32,000 nucleotides of DNA, taken from contig NZ_CP015137.1 of NCBI RefSeq assembly GCF_001644705.1, positions 4,650,001-4,682,000 on the forward strand, given 5' to 3'. The DNA is from Dickeya solani IPO 2222 (GTDB lineage Bacteria > Pseudomonadota > Gammaproteobacteria > Enterobacterales > Enterobacteriaceae). How positions within the stretch are numbered: position 1 is the first letter of the stretch; the number at the start of each line of letters is the position of its first letter. Positions 27,101 to 32,000 of the stretch are shown piece after piece. A program made the position numbers and the translations under genes. The notes under the pieces were generated by a model. It was not told the origin of the DNA, did not search any database, and saw only the letters and a program-made list of their open reading frames with translations.

Positions 27101-27659
27101 CCACGCCGCGCCGGCTGGTCGCCAGCACATCATGCCCGGCGGCCCACTGCGCCAGCCAGTCGGCACGATACACCTGATACTGGTCAAACAGGTCGGCCAG
27201 CCGTTCGGCCAGTTGGTAACGCTTGCGCAGATCGGCATCCTGCTGCAGAAAGCGCGCCAGCGCGGCGAATTCCGGCTGCGCCAGTAGCTCCGGCAACAAC
27301 CGCACCAACCGCCACACCAGCAGCGATTTATCGAACGGCGAGGTTTCCGGCACCTGATCGTGACCCAGCACCGACCGGTAGACCTGCCAGAAAAAACGCG
27401 ACGGCAATTGGACATCCAGCGCCGCCGCGACGCCGCATCCGCCGTCGCGGGTATCGCGTGCCAGCGCCAGTTTCAGCCACTGTCCGATACCGTTGCTTTG
27501 CACCAGAATTAGCTCGTTTTCCAGCCCGCCCAGCGGATTAGCCGCCATCCACGACACCAGCACGTCGCGCAGGGCTTCAGGATGGTTGCTGTGGATCGCC
27601 ATCAAACCGGGTTGTAACCTGTTTTCGCTCATCGTTTTCTCTGGACAGCTGGGTTGCAT
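24138..27659 (-). CDS. recC: Exodeoxyribonuclease V gamma subunit RecC
   Basis: 1173 aa. Conserved RecC blocks ([76 protein letters not shown]). ATG 27659 has GAGG 5 nt upstream. The alternative ATG at 27632 ([14 protein letters not shown]...) cannot be excluded. Confidence 0.9.
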   Translation of the reverse strand: [1173 protein letters not shown]

Positions 27660-27814
27660 TAACGCCTCGCCGAATTACGGCGGACCAGCGAATATCTTAG
27701 CATTCAATGGGATTGGGTGGGATGCGGTAGCTCCAACCGATGTTATGGTGAATACTGACAGTAGGTATTTCATAAAGCAAAGTCATTCCATCATTTACCT
27801 AATGGAGAACCACA

Positions 27815-28357
27815 ATGCCCAGAGCGTTGCTTATTATTGATATGCAGAGGTTTGTTACCGACAGCATTCAGCAAGGTATGGGGTATTACCCTGCTACGTG
27901 TATTGAGAATATGACGCGCGTGCTTGAACAATTCAGAACGACGGGAGCGACGGTGATACATGTTCGCCATGAGTCTGCCGCCGGTACGCCAATGCAACCG
28001 GGAGCGCCATTGGCTATGCCGATGGAGGCATTCGATGCGTTGCCGGAAGAGCCGGTGTTCATCAAAAATACCTCGTCCGCCTTCAGTTCGACGGCGTTGC
28101 TGCCCTACCTGCAAAGCAAGCAGATAGCAGAGGTTGTCGTGATCGGCGCCGTCGCTGGGTTCTGTGTCAACTCAACGGTCAGGATGGGGTCCGACTTAGG
28201 CCTTAACATGGTGGTGGTTAACGATGCCGTCATCAGTTTTGAGCTGCAGCCCGCTAACCTGACGGCCAAAGAGATATTCGATGTCACCTTGGCATTGCTG
28301 GGCACCTCTTTTGCCAGGTCCATCTCGACCGAGGCGTTCCTGAAAGAGTCTCAATAA
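27815..28357 (+). CDS. Isochorismatase-family cysteine hydrolase
   Basis: 180 aa. The family D-K-C triad context is present (ALLIIDMQ..., FIKNTSSAF, GAVAGFCVNSTVRMG). GGAGAA RBS 5 nt upstream. No signal peptide. Confidence 0.8.
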   Translation: MPRALLIIDMQRFVTDSIQQGMGYYPATCIENMTRVLEQFRTTGATVIHVRHESAAGTPMQPGAPLAMPMEAFDALPEEPVFIKNTSSAFSSTALLPYLQSKQIAEVVVIGAVAGFCVNSTVRMGSDLGLNMVVVNDAVISFELQPANLTAKEIFDVTLALLGTSFARSISTEAFLKESQ

Positions 28358-28472
28358 AACGCCCGGCCAACGGCGAAGAGATGAAGAGACGACGTGCGGC
28401 GGCACACGCTCCCTTTGCCGTTATGACGGCGGCCATTCACTGCACCGCCGTTAATCCTCCACGCCGCCCGGT

Positions 28473-28925
28473 TCAGGCGGCGTTAGCCTGCGCCAGCGTC
28501 TGTTCGATAAACGTACGGGTTTCTTGCACCTGCCGGATATAGCCGTTCATCAGCGCGCTGAAGCCCGCTTCGTCCAGTTTGTCGAGCGGAGACTGACTGC
28601 ACAGGCGCAGATTGTCGTACTCATCCAGCGCCAGCCAGCAGCCGCGCATCGCCGCCATCTCGAAATTGAGCAGCAACATCAGGCGGTAGATTGCCGGCCG
28701 GTCTTCGCCTTTCAAACTAACCAACTGGCAGTGCAGCAGCAGATTGTCGCTGTGCGCCGGCACCTCAATCACCGCCGCTTCCCGGCCGTCCGCGCCGTTC
28801 AGTACACAGATGCCGTTATTCAGCGTCAGGCGCTGCCGGTTAAACTGGCTAAAATGTTGCAGCAGCCGCGCCGCCAGTTGTTGTGCTGAGGTTGGTCGTG
28901 TTGAGGCTGATTGTGCTGATGTCAT
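28473..28925 (-). CDS. dspF: Type III secretion chaperone, DspF/AvrF (CesT-like) family
   Basis: 150 aa from ATG 28925, with AGGAG 7 nt upstream. It is strongly reminiscent of Erwinia DspF as I recall it (EAAVIEVPAHSDNLLLHC..., LLLNFEMAAMRGCWLALDE...LRLC...LDEAGFS). It lies immediately downstream of the large effector gene. Confidence 0.8.
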   Translation of the reverse strand: MTSAQSASTRPTSAQQLAARLLQHFSQFNRQRLTLNNGICVLNGADGREAAVIEVPAHSDNLLLHCQLVSLKGEDRPAIYRLMLLLNFEMAAMRGCWLALDEYDNLRLCSQSPLDKLDEAGFSALMNGYIRQVQETRTFIEQTLAQANAA

Positions 28926-28961
28926 CACTTTGCTCCTGTTGTTTTTCGTTCCATTGCCGCG

Positions 28962-31900
28962 TTACTGTTTCGCCAGCGTGATGCCCTGCTGGTGCATGTG
29001 ATCGACCGCCTGAGAGACTTCCGGGTTGGCTTTGGCGATCGCCCCTTCCAGACTGAAGCTGCTCGGGCTGTTCTGGTTCTGACCGTAGCTGAAATTGATC
29101 TTGCCCAGCAGCTTGGTCATGCTGACGTCAGCGCTACTGCCGGCACTGACAATCGGCAGCGGGAACGCCAGCCCTTCCTTGTTTTTCACCGTTTGGGTGA
29201 AATCGACGGATTTGATGCGCAGGTTGTTGCTGTCGCGAAAGATCGCCGCAATGTCGTCCTTGCCCAGCGTATTGTTCTGGATACCTTTTTCGACTTTCGC
29301 CTTCACCTCGTCTTTCAGTTCCAGGCTGACGCCGGCGGTGGCGTTGGTCAGCGACTGCATCGTCTGCACCACCGCTTTCAGCGCCGGGTTTTCCTCCATG
29401 AAGCCGTGAATGCGCTCGGCGTTGGTAGGCGGCAGGTTATCGCTGACCAGCTTACGCAACGCATGGAAAATACCGTTGCTATCCAGTTTCGACAGGTTGG
29501 CGTAAGTGGTGCTGTAGCTGGCGCTGTCCAGCGTTACCCCCTGTTTTTCCGCGGTTTCATGCTGCCGGGTTTTGGTGTGCAGGTCCTTTATTGCACCGTA
29601 TTGCCCATCATCAGCCGGGGTTTTGGCCTCAAAATGCTTGTTCAGTATCGCCAGCTTTTCTCCGGTATCCGTCAGGTCTTTCACCCCCTTCAACACCTGC
29701 TGAGTTTCCGGATCGGTAAATTTTTTCTCCAGCGACGAGAGCAAACTATCCATATCGCGGTTTTCAAGAGGTTGCGCGGCTTTAAGCTGCATACTGATGC
29801 TGTGGTTGGTTTTGGTATCCACCGTCATCGTGACGGAAGCGTTACTGCTTAGCGGTGCGGTCCACGAGCCGCTCGGCGTCGGATTGGTGATACCGGCGAA
29901 CGCCGTGGCGTTCGCACCCACGTTGACCTGGTTCATGAAGCGCACCCGGTTATTGGTGGTGGCATTCTGCTCGGTGAACTCACCGCGTACCGTGCTGTGC
30001 TCATGGCTGGCCGACATCAGGTTCGCTCCGGCCCCTAAACCGACGGAAAGCCGTCCTGCCGACGTCGGCACTTTGCCTTTTTGCTCGGCGCTGGGTTTAT
30101 CCGCCAGGTTGACTTCGGCGCGGGCGTCGGCCGTCAGCGCGGCATCCAGGTCGAATTTAATCAAGAAGCCCTCTTTAACCCGGTGGTCATTGCCCCTGGT
30201 GACCAGATCCAACGGATTTACATTGCCATCGATCAGTTTGTCGATGAAACCGGGCAGCTCTTTTTCACTCAGCGTGAATTTCAGGCCGTTCTGCTGCACA
30301 GTGCCGATCCCGGCGTTGACGCTGCCGCCGAAGCGCACGTCCAGCCCCAGTGTGTGTTTTTTATCGTCAAAATCAAAATTCTTCTTGGTATCATTCGGGG
30401 ATTGCCCCGTCGCCACGCCCACCTTGGCGTTCAGCCCGCCGTTACGCCCAAAGTTGACGTCGATACCGTTGTCACCGCGACTAAACGTCAGACTATAGGT
30501 ACGATCGCCGGTTAGCCCGCCGCTGGGAATAATAGGGAAGGTGGTGGCGCTAATCAGCACCTTGGCTTGTTTCGGTACATAGGCGGTGCTGGCCCCGGCG
30601 TTATAGTTACGGTTCACCGCCAGACTTTCGCCGTTATCCAGCGACAGAATGTTGTCCTTCAGCTTATTGGCCAGCGCCGCCTTGTCGCCCGCCTCCAGCG
30701 TGGTGCGGGCGGTCAGGTTCACCGCGCTCTTGTCATTGCCGAACGCCTGGGTAAAGGTTTTCACCGCATCGTAATCAGCCTCCAGTGCGCCGAAACGGGT
30801 AAAGCCCATATCGGTGACCTTTTTCACGTCGTTGCCGCCGTACTGTTGGTCGCGCAGCTCGCCGAGCGCCGCCTGAATCGGTTTCAGATCCGCCGCGGTT
30901 GGCTGTTTACCAGACAACGACTCCAGCTTGTCGACGATGCCGTGTAAGTCGCTTGCGGTCATTACATCCAGCGCCAGACGGGATTTGGTCAGCGCCATCG
31001 CATCTCCCAGATCGCGGCGCGGCCCGGTCGCCACCTTGTCGCTCTGGTAACTCATATCCAACTTCTTATCCACGAAGGTGTTCAGCAATTCCCCGGCTTT
31101 GCTGTCTTTGGACAGCGGCGCCGCGTTCATCACCGTCGACAACGCCACGCTCAAATCCTTGCCGGACCGCTTATCATTGATGGATTGCACCGCCGATTTG
31201 AAGGCTGACGGTTTGAAGTTGTCATTCACCTCGCCGCTGTTCTTCAGCACGCCCTGATGTTTACCCAGCAGGGTCGCGGACTTGGCGGCGCTCATTTCCA
31301 GATCGTTCTGGAATGATTTCAGCTCCGCCATCAGCGGCTTGCCCGCCTCGCCCAGGTCAAGTTTCTCCATCCGGCTTTGCAGGTCGTCGCGTTTGGGGCT
31401 CCAGGTATGGGATGACACCGCCTGTTCCAGCTTTTTGAACATCGTCGCCTGTGTGTCATAGACCGATGACAACCCTTCGCGCCCTTTTATCTGGTGCTGT
31501 GCGGCGTCAATCGGCTTTCTCACCATCTCTTTGGCGGTTTCTTTGACATAGGCGCCGAGGAAGTCGCCAAAGTTACTGTTGAGCTTGTGGCTTTCCATAC
31601 CGGAGCGCCCCAGCACCTGCGCCTCCACTTTACCGGTGAGATTCGTCAACGGAATGTGCACCGCCTTGGTGGCGTCAGCCAGACGGTCATAAGTGGTTTC
31701 AGCCGCACGAGGCTGCGGGTGGTTGGGCTGCGTATCCGGCACCGCGGTTTTCCAGCCGCTCTGGGTCAGTTGGTGCTGCTGGTGGCCGTCTTCGGAGATC
31801 GCCGGCTCATGATTTTTGGTGGTGGACAGGTGTTCGGGTTTGACATCGTCAGGCGTGGATACAGGTTGCCACTGGGCATTGGCGCGCGCTTCGGCGTTAC

Positions 31901-32000
31901 CCTGTAACGCCTGCTTATCCAGTTTGAACAACTGGCCGTCCTTATTCAGGGCAAACAGATTTTGATCTTTGTCGAGCGCCAGATCCTTCACCTCACCGCT
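28962..32000 (-). CDS. dspE: AvrE/DspE-family type III effector, C-terminal ~1012 codons (5' end lies beyond the window)
   Basis: The ORF is open to the window edge; the codons upstream of the track's GTG at 31991 are sense (S-G-E). It is a very large hydrophilic Gly/Asn/Ser/Lys-rich protein with no enzymatic motifs, followed 33 nt later by a DspF-type chaperone gene. That is the canonical dspE-dspF / avrE-avrF / wtsE-wtsF arrangement. Confidence 0.75.
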   Translation of the reverse strand, partial: SGEVKDLALDKDQNLFALNKDGQLFKLDKQALQGNAEARANAQWQPVSTPDDVKPEHLSTTKNHEPAISEDGHQQHQLTQSGWKTAVPDTQPNHPQPRAAETTYDRLADATKAVHIPLTNLTGKVEAQVLGRSGMESHKLNSNFGDFLGAYVKETAKEMVRKPIDAAQHQIKGREGLSSVYDTQATMFKKLEQAVSSHTWSPKRDDLQSRMEKLDLGEAGKPLMAELKSFQNDLEMSAAKSATLLGKHQGVLKNSGEVNDNFKPSAFKSAVQSINDKRSGKDLSVALSTVMNAAPLSKDSKAGELLNTFVDKKLDMSYQSDKVATGPRRDLGDAMALTKSRLALDVMTASDLHGIVDKLESLSGKQPTAADLKPIQAALGELRDQQYGGNDVKKVTDMGFTRFGALEADYDAVKTFTQAFGNDKSAVNLTARTTLEAGDKAALANKLKDNILSLDNGESLAVNRNYNAGASTAYVPKQAKVLISATTFPIIPSGGLTGDRTYSLTFSRGDNGIDVNFGRNGGLNAKVGVATGQSPNDTKKNFDFDDKKHTLGLDVRFGGSVNAGIGTVQQNGLKFTLSEKELPGFIDKLIDGNVNPLDLVTRGNDHRVKEGFLIKFDLDAALTADARAEVNLADKPSAEQKGKVPTSAGRLSVGLGAGANLMSASHEHSTVRGEFTEQNATTNNRVRFMNQVNVGANATAFAGITNPTPSGSWTAPLSSNASVTMTVDTKTNHSISMQLKAAQPLENRDMDSLLSSLEKKFTDPETQQVLKGVKDLTDTGEKLAILNKHFEAKTPADDGQYGAIKDLHTKTRQHETAEKQGVTLDSASYSTTYANLSKLDSNGIFHALRKLVSDNLPPTNAERIHGFMEENPALKAVVQTMQSLTNATAGVSLELKDEVKAKVEKGIQNNTLGKDDIAAIFRDSNNLRIKSVDFTQTVKNKEGLAFPLPIVSAGSSADVSMTKLLGKINFSYGQNQNSPSSFSLEGAIAKANPEVSQAVDHMHQQGITLAKQ

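Noticed and set aside
27660-27814. I searched for an HrpL-dependent hrp box or a LexA box in the recC / isochorismatase divergent promoter region, and for GGAACC motifs elsewhere.
   Set aside because: There is no GGAACC-N15-16-CCACNNA and no CTGT-N8-ACAG match. The GGAACC and GGTTCC occurrences I saw (e.g. ~2282, ~11469, ~1255, ~9805) are inside coding sequence and lack the -10 half.
3557-31785. E. coli Chi octamers. GCTGGTGG occurs on the plus strand at 23287, 25011 and 31778. Its complement CCACCAGC occurs at 3557, 7576, 10889 and 25349. That is seven copies by eye, against roughly two expected from base composition.
   Set aside because: The eye-scan is incomplete and not statistically testable here. 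The octamer is favoured by common CTG-GTG codon pairs in GC-rich genes, and strand orientation is mixed. It is worth a genome-wide skew analysis but does not stand as a finding on its own.
1-32000. Scan for CRISPR arrays, tRNA or rRNA genes, IS elements, transposases, integrases, and direct repeats flanking the GC-rich recBCD block.
   Set aside because: None recognised. The recBCD block boundaries (18425 and 27659) show no obvious direct repeats or mobility genes. The horizontal-transfer argument therefore rests only on composition, gene order and divergence.

Overview
This looks like a chromosomal segment from a plant-associated member of the Enterobacterales. The clues are an ERIC repeat, an E. 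coli-like DbpA, and a DspF-type chaperone next to the 3' part of an AvrE/DspE-family type III effector at the right edge.

Bases 300-12060 (minus strand) form one nine-gene nitrogen-scavenging unit: allophanate hydrolase, urea carboxylase, a GntR/FCD regulator and urtABCDE. Gene junctions are tight or overlapping, and a textbook sigma-54 promoter (TGGCAC-N5-TTGC) sits 40 nt upstream of the first ATG.

The middle holds an ERIC element, dbpA, a TPR / ECF sigma / anti-sigma module, a YceI-family gene and an orphan DosC-like globin-coupled diguanylate cyclase with low GC.

The right third holds a compact, very GC-rich recC-recB-recD operon with ATGA overlaps and no ptrA. It diverges from E. coli RecBCD far more than the neighbouring core gene dbpA does. 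It is followed by an isochorismatase-family hydrolase, dspF and dspE (which runs off the window).

I saw no tRNA, rRNA, CRISPR array, transposase or integrase. I did not recognise a clearly novel multi-gene system. The best candidates for follow-up are the atypical, apparently acquired RecBCD set in an accessory, compositionally mosaic neighbourhood; the periplasmic HEAT-like extension on UrtB; and the regulatory architecture of the urea operon. GC values are hand counts on a few 60-nt lines. Homology statements come from memory of reference proteins, not from searches.
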